Origin: Phoronis australis
Lineage: Eukaryota > Animalia > Phoronida
Assembly: GCA_002633005.1 (NCBI GenBank)
Contig: NMRA01000384.1
Span: 287,504-351,503 of the forward strand
Direction: 5' to 3'
DNA: 64,000 nucleotides
Shown here: in pieces, positions 52,859-64,000 of the stretch
Layout of the letters: the number at the start of each line of letters is the position of its first letter
Position numbering within the stretch: position 1 is the stretch's first letter
Program-made: the position numbers and the translations under genes
Notes under the pieces: model-generated
Told to the model about the DNA's origin: nothing
The model's input: the letters and a program-made list of their open reading frames with translations, nothing else
Database searches by the model: none

Positions 52859-55800
52859 TGTACTGCCTCCTATATAACAAGTTACAAGTGATATCAGATA
52901 TTCTCTAATTGCGTTTCAACTTTCGTTACCATTGTGTTTTGGAAGCATTTTAATCGATCCAGTTTACATCCGATATCGAATCATTGGATGCATACAACCA
53001 GCCTTTTTTGGCTAGTCTATGAAATTAATCTAAAGGTTCCATCAAGGTTTTGGATAGCACAAGGTCGATCTCGCATAATCGCACCCAATCAAAACTTTTT
53101 GTATTGCATTAGTGTGACTATGTTTAAACTCATAATACTTGAACAAATACTACAATAACCTCACCAATTTATCACACAATATGTCCAACAAATGCATTTT
53201 TTATCATTTTTGGATGAAACATATAGAGCACCAAAGTAAATGCCTTTCCAAGTTTAACTTTACTTAAACAGCTACATGTAACTGACAATGTTTTGAAAAC
53301 CTATGGGCAGCAGGCGACAATAAAATGAAAGGACATTCTTGGTAATTGTTTCTGTGGTAAATTGGTGACATTTAATCATCGCATTCCTACTTGGAACTAC
53401 TATGCTCAACTTTTATATTCCGACTCACGCACTGCATTAGTCCAATATTGTATGAACTTAATGATCTCGACAGACAATACGCCTCACTGAACTTGAATAA
53501 GGGTTTAAAAACAGGATTTTAATCAATTCACTCGTCTTTTGAGTCACGTTTAATGTGTAACATATGACTATTATGGGGAATGCTTCCTAAGTTAGATACT
53601 TCCTAAAAGATTTAAACAGTGCTAAGTGTTGACAAACATGCATTGATTACAACGATGTAATGGATGCCTCCTGAAAGGTTTTCAGCAGTGCTAAGTGTCG
53701 ACACCCGTGCTGTGGATTGAGTATCCCAACTGATTCACTGGCCATGATACAGCCATGCCCTTATCAGTTTGACAAACTGGCAAACCAATGTTTTCACAGT
53801 CCATCTCTCTTATTGACCATTTTCATCTGACAAGCTCATGTAATCCAGCAATTATGTTGTAAACAGTGAGCCTGACACTAACTGATATTCAAAAATACGA
53901 TTTGCAAACCATTTTCAACAAATGTCGTAAAGCGGATGTGTTTTATATGAAATACTTTCACCAAAAACATTCAAATGGAGAAAAAAATACAATTTAGGTG
54001 TAGCTAGCTTCAACAAAATCTGAAGCGTTTTCTTGAGTCGCCAATGGTTTCGAAGTTCTTATTGGCAACAGAAATACGATCTCGTCTCGGTAAGGACACC
54101 AATTTATGAGAGTGAAGGACGGTAATTGGAATTTTATTTCCCAAGTAAACCAGCTATACAGAGTGAGGTGCTGCTTTAAACCTAAGTGTTCCATTTTTGC
54201 AAATTTATAAATTATGTTGCTTTATAGCTTCTCTTGGACAGATTTTTGATATTCTGGATACATTGGACTATCCAGATAGTCTTGGCAATACTTCGGCAAA
54301 ACATGAAAACATGATTTGAACACAAAAACTGAAGACAAATGAAATAATACATGACATTGAATAGACTTTCCACACCAAATTGAATCACCATGAAAACAAC
54401 AAGCAAAGACTGAATCGATAGCGGTAATTTCAAATATTCATCGGCACATGCAACTGAAGTGTCTACTGTGGGCCCGGATTAGTGCATTAAATAATTTTAC
54501 ATGAATGGCCAGGCGTTGCTGGTAGCATTTTTAATTGACAGAGGATTTCATTTATTAATGCCAGAAAGTTGTTTTGATTTTAATCAAGTAAGTGATTAGG
54601 TAATCACCACAACATCCACAGAGTCTGCTATGAATGAAAGCCATTATGTTCTACATACTATGTTAAACATTCTATGTCTCATTAAACTGAATACGCAAAT
54701 TAAGTACTAGTTTACAAACAACCCCAGACTTTTCCCCAGAGTGCCAGACCATCTGAGAACCAGTTACCATTACAATCTCACGAAAGTCTCGTTTATGCAA
54801 ATGATTGTAACATATCATTATAACCTTAATAAACAAGGCTAAGTTTTTATTATTTGTTCATTTCAATATCAAATAACGAATGCGTAATATCTTTAGTTAA
54901 AAGGGTTTTCTATATGTTCACAGTAATTTTTAAGTGTATCAGTTGCATGCGGTGTTTTCTTTAAAACTGCATTTTATTTACAAAGTGTTTCTTTTCCTAA
55001 CTATTCTTGTACACACAGTTCTCCAGGAAGTCACAAGGTGGCGCTTGCTACAAATTTAAATATTCACGGTTTTAATGACACGTAGCAGCTTTAACCAATA
55101 AAAGAATTCATATTCCAGAAATAGATGACCGAGTTCACAAATTCAAGTGCATCTATCCCATAATATGCTTTTTGCACTGTTCTCCAAAACGGAGTTAGGA
55201 ATTGTTTCAGAATGTTCCGATTTTGCATGAAGGAAAAAGTGCTTTTACGATTTTCTTATAAACACTCCTTATGTTGCATGAAACAAAAACGATAATACAA
55301 AACTTACAGAACTGTGTTTGGGACTTTATCTTGAACAACGTTATTTGTGACCATTGTTACTGTTATCAGTATACCTTTTTGTGTTAAATTTACTAGAGTC
55401 ACATGTCCCAATAAATGGTAAAAAGTCGGATCTCAAACTTTGCAGGTTTGAATATACCGGTAGTTTAACTGAGTATATACAGTTTTGAAGATATTAGCAT
55501 AACGCATACTTGTAAACAAGATGCTAGATAATCATAAGTTTTACAGTCGTGACTGTCAAATGAATGTTCATATTCTACAGCACAGCTCATGGTGATAACC
55601 TGAGTGGACATTCAAGTAGATTATGTGTAACAAGAGACAGTATAAGGATTCATTGTGTGTGAATGTACACAACACATGAAAACCATCAGGCTTAATAAGA
55701 TCCGTCATAATGTCTCAGCACAAACAAAATTCCCTGCCCTGATGACTTTGTCTTCAAAACATCCTCAAGTCTCTCAATGTTTACTTTTGTAGGGAAATTT

Positions 55801-57197
55801 TACCCAATGAAATTCCACTCTTCTAACAAAAAGAATCTCCGTTGTTATGTGAGGCCATGGTTGGAGTTCACTAGAAAATGTGACGACAATCGTGGTAAAA
55901 CTGAATGATGTTATGAAGGCGCATTACCATCAATGGTATTTCAGGCAAAAACAAGACTGTTGAATTAGCATTGAGAATCGAGTGAAACAAAACACTCATA
56001 AAAAACAAAGGAGTGAGAGTATGATGAATTTCCACTGACGACACTGTTATGACGGATACTGGTTAAACTCCGTAGCGCTCTTTCATGGCAATCAATCAAC
56101 TACCTAGTCTCAATAAACAGGATGACCACTGTTGGACTTCCAGGTTTTTGGACTTCCGTAGATGTTGTTATTAAGGATAGTGTTTAAAAACTGCGATGCA
56201 CTTTGGCTTTAGGTCAACAGTCCAATATTGGGTCCAAGAACGTAGTAAAGCAATTTCACTTTGATGATAAGTGATGATGCCAATTAACAGTTTGGTCAAC
56301 TGTTTATCACGCACTCAAATGAAAACATTAATTTAAAGAATGTCATAAATTCACCAAGCCTAAGTCTCGTTCAATAATTGCTCTTCACATCAATGCTAAG
56401 TTTAAATGACAAAATATGGCAGAAAAGTGAATTGCTCAATACAATAACTACAGTAAAAAATTTCCAGTTCGGGACAGTGAAAAATCAATTATCTTGCTCA
56501 AGGTCGGAGCGAAATTGGCCGTCCTAATTCAACAATTCAGATGAAGGAGAAATAATTCTTCACTATGATGTTGAGCACTATCCGGATGCATGGAAAATTT
56601 GTATTGGCGTCTGTTTTGTAACAACTTAATAACTGACATTAGCTTATTATCAGGCTCTCTTGATGTATTTATAAGACGAGTGCCAAATTGCACATACCCG
56701 AACATTTATAACCAAGAAATTCAATTTGGGCTCTAATTTCCATGTCCAAAATTTAGAGACTACCCCAAACTGTAAATCCATGTACATAAATTCTGCAACA
56801 CTATCAGGTTAACAGAAGGATATTTATATCATATACAAAACTTGCTATTTACATGTAACTAGTCTAGAAATTAATGGTAAAATATCCAGAATTTGCAATT
56901 AAATAGACAGCTAGAACCAAAAAATCGCCCTCTTGTTCAACATGTATATGGCCTACTTTTTACACAAATTGATGGCAAGCAATAATCTCAGTTTCCTTTT
57001 AAAATTGATAATTTTTCATTTTGGTAATCTAACACGCACATGTATACGTGACTAATTCAATAAATAGTCTTCAATCAGTGATTACCTTTAATATGATACA
57101 CAAGTTTTTTTCAACTAAAAAAACAAAGAAAATAAACTAAGATCCATACATCAGTGTTCTTCATTTGAAGATAACACCACTACATTTATGGTCCGCA

Positions 57198-57305
57198 CCA
57201 TTACTTTAGGTGGGTTTGTTACTGCATTATATGGTCTTCGCCATTACTTTAGGTGGGTTTGTTACTGCATTATACGGTCTTCGCCATTACTTTAGGTGGG
57301 TTTGT
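57198..57305. repeat. 43-bp tandem repeat (~2.5-3 copies)
   Basis: ccattactttaggtgggtttgttactgcattataYggtcttcg repeated. Confidence 0.9.
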
Positions 57306-59452
57306 ATACTTTTTCAAACGGCACACTTTATGTTTTTTATTAGTTTCAAGACCCACGCAGCGCTCATGTCAGGGACTTCTCATATTGGCCCTCTCTAGAG
57401 TAATGGTGGACAGAAATTCAATTACTACAAAGTGTTTCACTAATTTAAAGACGCCTAGAAAGTCATAAACGGACTAAATTGCAATACTGAAACAGAATTC
57501 AACCAACTCACTAATACATTTTTAGGATTTTTTCTTAAAGGTTTTTGATTTCTGTTGATATGAAAGTATTTTCTTTTAGTTCCAAATTTAAAAAAAACCA
57601 CCTGTCCACTACTCGCTACTTCCTCGATTTTTCTCCCATTAGGCAAAGCACGTCTCCTTATTTGGTATGGCAATACACAGATATAGCACCTTTCCCTTAT
57701 ACCGGGAATGTGACCTTTGACCTCCAGCGACTTCAAGCAACTGACTGAGCACATGCATGCATTTATCATAAGTGGGAGGGAGATTAGAAACTCTGTGGTA
57801 ACCACAGTTTTTCTTTCAAGTAAATTTCAAAAATCGTGATTTTTTAATTTTTCTGGAAATTTCTTCACAGGGGAAAGTCAATTACTCTGTACTAGACGTT
57901 GCAAAATAGAACTTTCATGTGGAATTGTTTAAAAGATATTTTTCATGATCTTTCGCATTCCATGCCTCTTTCAGAGCAGATAAATACATTCGAATGTCAG
58001 CTGCTCCCATTGTTTCATAAGTTTATGTTCAAATTTATTTTAGCTTTTTAACACATTCTAGGTTCGAAAATCTACCACTTTATCAGCCACACTCACTGGC
58101 TTTGTCAGCGGATACTTCTTCGCAATGGGAAATGTTTGGAGCATGATGTCTTTGTTCATCCTTTGATATTTCAAAAGGCTCGTCTTTTTTCATTCTAGGG
58201 CATCAATACATCCCGCCAAACAGCTACAGAAATTTGCTGACATTATAATAGCAGGAAAGATGTTAATGCTGTTTATACCAGTAGGTTGAAACTCCCGTTC
58301 CCATTACGTGGGATATGTAGGTGGCGCCAATCGCCTGCTCACCAAAGACCTGATCACCAAGATCTGGCGGCCATAGTGAAATTCAGTATGGCGCGGCCAT
58401 TTTTATTGTAAACTTAAAATAAATCCAATATAAACAATTATAGTAAATCATGCAAGGTGCAATCAATGAACTACATTTAGTTTCATTGTGTGGCTTTCAA
58501 GTTAACATGAATGATGAGTTAATACTTGACGCTAATGGCCTCTAGAGGACAGGGAGGAAAATTCACCATTTGTTAAAAACGCATCCTCAAATACACTGTA
58601 AAAGGGCTTTTTCACAAAATCAAGGATGTTCTATGAAGCTCTGTGATGAAGCAGTACCTCCTGGTACATCCAGGTGGCACTAAGAGTCACCAGTCCAACG
58701 TGATCAGCCCAAATGGTTCCAACATTAAATACTCCAAAACATGAATTAATAACAAGAATTGTTTTTATAGATGGAGCTGCTGCTTGGGATGTAAAGAAGA
58801 GAATAGAGGTTTTGATGTTACTTTGCGGAAATTGCCGTTCCGCTGACATGTATTTACTCTCCATACAACAATAGAAACTGATGTAAAGGGTCCAGCAATT
58901 GCCAACATCTTGACTTAACCATTAAGCAGCGGGACCAACATGTGTTTAATAGTGAGTTAGGCATTGCGTCGCAGAACCAAAATGCCCAAGGTTTTGGCGT
59001 GACAGTTTGAGAACTAAACATTTTTCGGACAGAAAAGGAATATGCACATATAATCCAACAGTCTTCCTACATTGTACAATCATGCAGAAATGTTTTGCAA
59101 TGCATTTATAGTTCTTTGTACCATGTCTTTGGAAATATGGTTTTCCAAATAGTCGCAAAAACAGATTTTAGAACAAATTAACTACACGTTTTCAACCAGT
59201 GCACTTAACATGTCAATTGTATAGCTGGCTATTGTATGAAAGGCTTGACGTAACTGACAGTTCTTAGCAAGTCCGTGAGGACTTCTTGGGGGGGGNGGGT
59301 AAAATAGCTGGAAGTCACCAGATGGCCAAGAAAAATCTGCTAATAACTTAGAAAGTTAATAGTTCACAAGAAAAAAAAACTTAAAAGGAGCCTGCAAGAG
59401 GCCTGCAAATTTTTCCAAAGTCTCCCAAAGCAGGATGATGTCTGTGTCAGTG

Positions 59453-59505
59453 GTGTGTGTGTGTGTGTGTGTGTGCGTGTGCGTGTGTGTGACTGTGTGC
59501 GTGTG
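59453..59505. repeat. (GT)n microsatellite just upstream of the GPCR splice acceptor
   Basis: Direct reading. Confidence 0.9.
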
Positions 59506-59586
59506 GAATAGATTCTATTCTGTTTTGATTTGGCTATTTTTAAAAATTTCAGAGTGATCTCATTTTAATGAGCCAGAAACAGGGGC

Positions 59587-60690
59587 ATGGAAGAAGACGT
59601 GAGTATGGACAACATGACATCAGTGAATAAGACGGACATAGTGGAGTCCAGACCTCCATTTTTGATTGCCATTCTCATGCTAATAGCGCTCCTAATTGTC
59701 ATCGCAAATGGAATGATTGTCATTCTGTTTATCACCAGCACCAGAGTACGACGAATTGCAAACATCTTCATCATCAACTTGTGCTTCGCCGATCTGCAAC
59801 AAGGATTAATTGCAATACCTATAACAACGTTTTACCCACGTGGCTACTTGAATGATCCGGAAAAGCATGGGATATCCATCGGCTTCTGTGTTTTCATATC
59901 CAACTATCCAACAGTTATATCAAGTGTAGCTATGTCCAGTCTGGCATTAGTCTCCATTGACCGACTGATAGCCATTAAATACCCACTCAGTTACGACAAA
60001 CACCTGCCCACCAAGCGTAGCCTCCTGTTGATAATGGCTACATGGTTACTCATGACATTAATTGTGTTTTCCACCTCTCTTGGATTCCCTCCTCCCAATC
60101 CAGACCATGCACTCTACAGGTGTGGTGGAGGTTACTACTATGACACAGCCTTCTACATGATATTCTGCATCGTCGGTATCATCGTCCCGCTAGTCATCTT
60201 CTTCGCCACCTACATCTGGCTGTACGTGATTGCACGGCGCCACCATTTGGCCATTCAGTCCCTACAAGTCTTGACCACCGAGATGAAAAGAAGGAAGAAA
60301 TACACAAAAGCGGCAAAAACCACCTTCTTCATGACCATGCTCTACAGTGCATTATGGGTACCTTTCCTCATTGCCGTTGCCATTGGTACCATGTGCATCC
60401 TGGAAGCCTGCCAAACCATAGACAAGCAAGGTATCAGCAACATGATAGTTTCCACGGCATTCCTAGCATACATGTCGTCCATTGTCAACCCTGTGATTTA
60501 CGTGTTACGCAATCCTGGACTCAAGCGGAAACTGCTCTGCTGTAAGATATTCAACAGCCAGGTGGCGCCTCTGATTGAGTCCAGCCTGACCCAGAATCTT
60601 CCATCTGGCCAACGGGCGACAGGCACAAACCAACAGCAAAGTTCAGCCAAGCAGACTTTTGTTATCTGTGACAATTCCCCAGAAGAATGA
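59587..60690 (+). CDS. Class A (rhodopsin-like) GPCR, orphan, adenosine/amine-receptor-like branch; CDS in a single exon
   Basis: 367 aa with 7 hydrophobic helices; N1.50 (IANG), NLCFAD (D2.50), C3.25, SIDRLIAIKYPLSY, W4.50, P5.50, KAAKT, LWVP, NPVIY; N-terminal sequons NMT/NKT; in-frame upstream stop at 59566-59568; acceptor tttcAG at 59551-59552 suggests a 5'-UTR intron; AATAAA at 61302. Confidence 0.95.
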   Translation: MEEDVSMDNMTSVNKTDIVESRPPFLIAILMLIALLIVIANGMIVILFITSTRVRRIANIFIINLCFADLQQGLIAIPITTFYPRGYLNDPEKHGISIGFCVFISNYPTVISSVAMSSLALVSIDRLIAIKYPLSYDKHLPTKRSLLLIMATWLLMTLIVFSTSLGFPPPNPDHALYRCGGGYYYDTAFYMIFCIVGIIVPLVIFFATYIWLYVIARRHHLAIQSLQVLTTEMKRRKKYTKAAKTTFFMTMLYSALWVPFLIAVAIGTMCILEACQTIDKQGISNMIVSTAFLAYMSSIVNPVIYVLRNPGLKRKLLCCKIFNSQVAPLIESSLTQNLPSGQRATGTNQQQSSAKQTFVICDNSPEE

Positions 60691-63600
60691 CAACACTGAA
60701 GTTAGCAGTGACTGTTATGCATAGCGTGTACGCAAATATTCATTCAGCAAAATACAATCATGAAATATGGAATATCAGAAACTGGTGTAATTAAGAACTA
60801 GCATGATAATTGTTATTTGGATTTTACGGGAATCCTCAAGTTCATCCTACAATGCATAAACTTAAAGTTAAGAAGAATTCCTCATTTTACTATAACTGCA
60901 GACAAATATGCGCACAGCTCAGTCTATTACTCCCTTTCCTCTCTCCACAGAACAACCACAGTGACTTCCTTCTTCAACTACTCTTAACAACAAACACAGT
61001 TTCCAACGTAGAAAAGATACAAACAACTGTTTATTACTTTGGTATATCAATGTTGTAATTTTGTTGCTTGCACTGGAGTATCTCCAAAGACTAAAAAAAA
61101 CAATATCTGCAATAAGAGCCATCTTTGTTATTTTCTATTCCACCATGAATCATTTCAGAAAAATGTGGTATGGGGAATTGACCACACGGCCTCAAGTCTA
61201 TGGACCAATTTCGCGAAAGCATAAAGGTACTTTATTTTCATCCTTTTTCCCTTCCAATAATAACGGTTCAGTTCGCCTGAGATAAGTAATCACAGTGCGC
61301 CAATAAAGTTATGACAGCTTATTACTATTATTATATCATTTTAATAAGAATAAGTCATTTTAAATAATGAGCTGTTTTATTTCTTTGCCAGTGACACAGG
61401 GCTAAGATTATCCCTGATGTATGAACTAAATGATCTACACAACAATCTGGAATTCCCGTAATATACAAAACAGCCCATTATTCCAAGTAAAACCATATCC
61501 TGGCACCCATGTTTGTTTATATTTTTATTAATATTTTTGGGACACCCTGTATATTGGGCTTTTCAGAATCAATACTTCGGTCATACTTTATACTGTTTTT
61601 AGCCCTTTGTAGCCCTTTGACTTCAGAAAAAACTAATAACACCAAAAATAATTCTACAAGTACCACCGAAATCATGAATTGATCTGATCACGAGCACCGA
61701 TCCATTTAGTTCCTTTTGTGCACAGGAGGGCAATTACCACACTAGCTATGATTTCAAAACAATAAAATACACAGTTGCAATATCATACAGACACTAGCAA
61801 ATTTGTTACTCTTTGACCTCTGAAATTGGGAGAAAGGTTGCGATTAGGACCATTTCCCCTGGAGAAATTTTGCCAAAACAGTGTTTAGTAAACTAATAAG
61901 ACTTGGTTTGTTGACCAGAATTTCAATCAAGGTGGACTTATTCACCGTAGTGTATTGAATGTAGTAGGTTATTGGTGCAGGAGTCTTGATGCAGGATAAA
62001 AGACTGTTCAACATAGGACTAGATTCTTGATAACTGGATTTGGAAACCCTTACCGCCTGGAGTTGAAAATGTAGAAGACACTTATACTCAAGTTTCCCGC
62101 GAGAGAACTCTCAAGACTTAGCTCATCTATTACTTGGAATGGTTAAAATACTGAGCAAATTGCAAGCCTCTGTTCGGTGGACAACATGCCATATTACAAC
62201 CACACGTTATTAGAGTGCAGTTGCCTAACAAGATCTTCGTCATCACTTTTCGCTGGCTTGAGATAATAGCCTGCCCTACTCAAACCAACAATTATGAGTG
62301 AATACAGTCATTAACATTGTATTTAGACCATTTTGAATGGTGCTGCAAATGAAAGTGGATTGGACTGGAGGTGTTTATAAGTGATTTTAATAATGAGGCT
62401 GATGCTATTCGGGCTTAATGTGAGATGTTGTTTTGAACAATTCCACAGCTGTAACTGAAAAGCAATTACTTTTGGACTTAATACCAAGAGCCGGATTATG
62501 TGGTGCATTAGGTAATAGTTATTTTGAGAATCAGTTTTCTCCACTGAATAACAGGCATCAAACTGATTCTCAAAATGTGTGCATTTTATATCTGACTACG
62601 TTGTACGTTCAGCATACCGAAATGAACAAAATAAGGCCAAAATCAAAGCTTGTTCAAGAGGTCAACAAGCTAGAACTATTAGACACTTACTAGTTCTTAA
62701 AGTGTATATTACATATTTTTGATTTTGCAGTCCCGTGTAGTGCCACCTCTGAAAACACTCAGTAATTTGGTTCACGTTTTGGGATGGACTCGTTTCGTTT
62801 CTTTCCATTTTCAAAAGGAATATTCACCATTGCTAACTTGGACCTTATTCTGGTTTGATGTTTGCAATTTCAGCTTAACCCAGTTAGCGCTATATGGGAA
62901 TTACAGAAGGGACAAACAGTGGACAATCAATCTTTTCAGATATTTTGGCCTGCGATACCTAGCCAGGTTCATGATATCTGAATGTGTGATATTGAACTGT
63001 GTGATATTGAACTGTGATATTCAGGCAAGATTGAGCATGGATGTTGTCTGTATTTTGTAATTGTGTCATGAGCACAAAAGTCAATCAACTGTAAAATTGA
63101 ATGTGAACTGTGTGTCTGGTAAAAATTCTTCAGTTTGGGACATAATATGGCGACCAGGTGAAATTTCAATTTGTCACTTTCCCAACAAAAATATTTTCTT
63201 CTGCTATATTAACTTTACTTTTGGCGCAGCTATTACCAAATTACATTTACTAAATTTAGAACACTTGCACCAAAGAAATCTATGAAATACAGAAATGCTA
63301 CAAATTTAAGAATTTTTACTTGAATTGTGGTGAAATGTTAATAAAATGTACTAAATTATCCCCACTTTTACTCTTCCACACAATGCAACCACATGCGAGT
63401 ACAATAAACATGGAAAATAATACAGTGTCACTCGGATAACAATAGTATCTCACTTATCAAAAGTGAAGTATCACATATTAACAAACTTGCAAATCAGTGA
63501 CGTGAAGTCTGACCCAGCAGTCAAGCACTCGCTTTTTAAAACCAAATTTTTTAAATTCGTAACGACTAAATGAAAGGAAGCGATGGCATTAGACTGGCCC

Positions 63601-64000
63601 AACCAATCTTTAACACTGCCTGGTGCAAACAGTCATTCATTGATGGCCAAATGGAAAGAAATTTCCTAAAGCATTTGTCTCAAAAGGCATAGTAATGACA
63701 CTGTAAACTACAACAGAGGAGAAACCGCAAGTTCTGTTCCTTTGTTGAGTAGTTCCAAGCTTTCATTGTTTAAACTTCCTGAGCCATAACAAAGCACTGA
63801 ATAGGTTTGTGCATGTTATCTACACCAATTAAAAGCTAATTTATTATCTGATACCCAAACACTTTTCAACAGGAGAACACCTTTTTTTAAGAACTTGAAA
63901 ATACATGGAACATCTGCAGTTTTGTACATTTCCATGACAACAGATTGAAGCAAATGTTGATATTTTATTCTGTAATGGAGAACACGGGCAATTTCTGGGT

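Noticed and set aside
58097-58194. Possible minus-strand exon MKKDEPFEISKDEQRHHAPNISHCEEVSADKA with gtgagt donor
   Set aside because: Weak polypyrimidine tract, not coiled-coil, and its phase does not join exon 46819; unresolved without RNA data.

Overview
AT-rich, repeat-dense animal genomic DNA. It is probably from a marine invertebrate deuterostome such as a hemichordate or echinoderm; that is inferred from the repeat types and gene structure only. Single 'n' characters mark scaffold gaps. Most ORF-track entries are noise, and the real genes are spliced. (1) Four 99-nt phase-0 exons of a minus-strand ankyrin-repeat gene (7413->1506, probably continuing off the left edge), one repeat per exon, with a recent tandem exon duplication. 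(2) The last 11 coding exons (~381 aa) of a minus-strand coiled-coil gene whose C-terminus matches centriolin/CEP110 (46819->26396). (3) A rhodopsin-class orphan GPCR with an uninterrupted CDS on + (59587-60690), apparently nested antisense in a large centriolin intron. Mobile DNA includes a full-span decayed Kolobok-type transposon (37991-42488) with TTAA TSD, 21-bp TIRs, a THAP remnant on + and a spliced P2X7-ballast/nanor-like KolX pseudogene on -. There is also a 5'-truncated Penelope-like element with an open RT+GIY-YIG ORF, and a non-autonomous Helentron carrying 11 co-oriented CTCF-consensus motifs at ~147-bp spacing. A CCC...GGG element filled with a 22-bp minisatellite and several MITEs/SINE fragments complete the set. 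Two direct duplications centred on 'n' gaps (about 5 kb and 360 bp) look like uncollapsed haplotypes.
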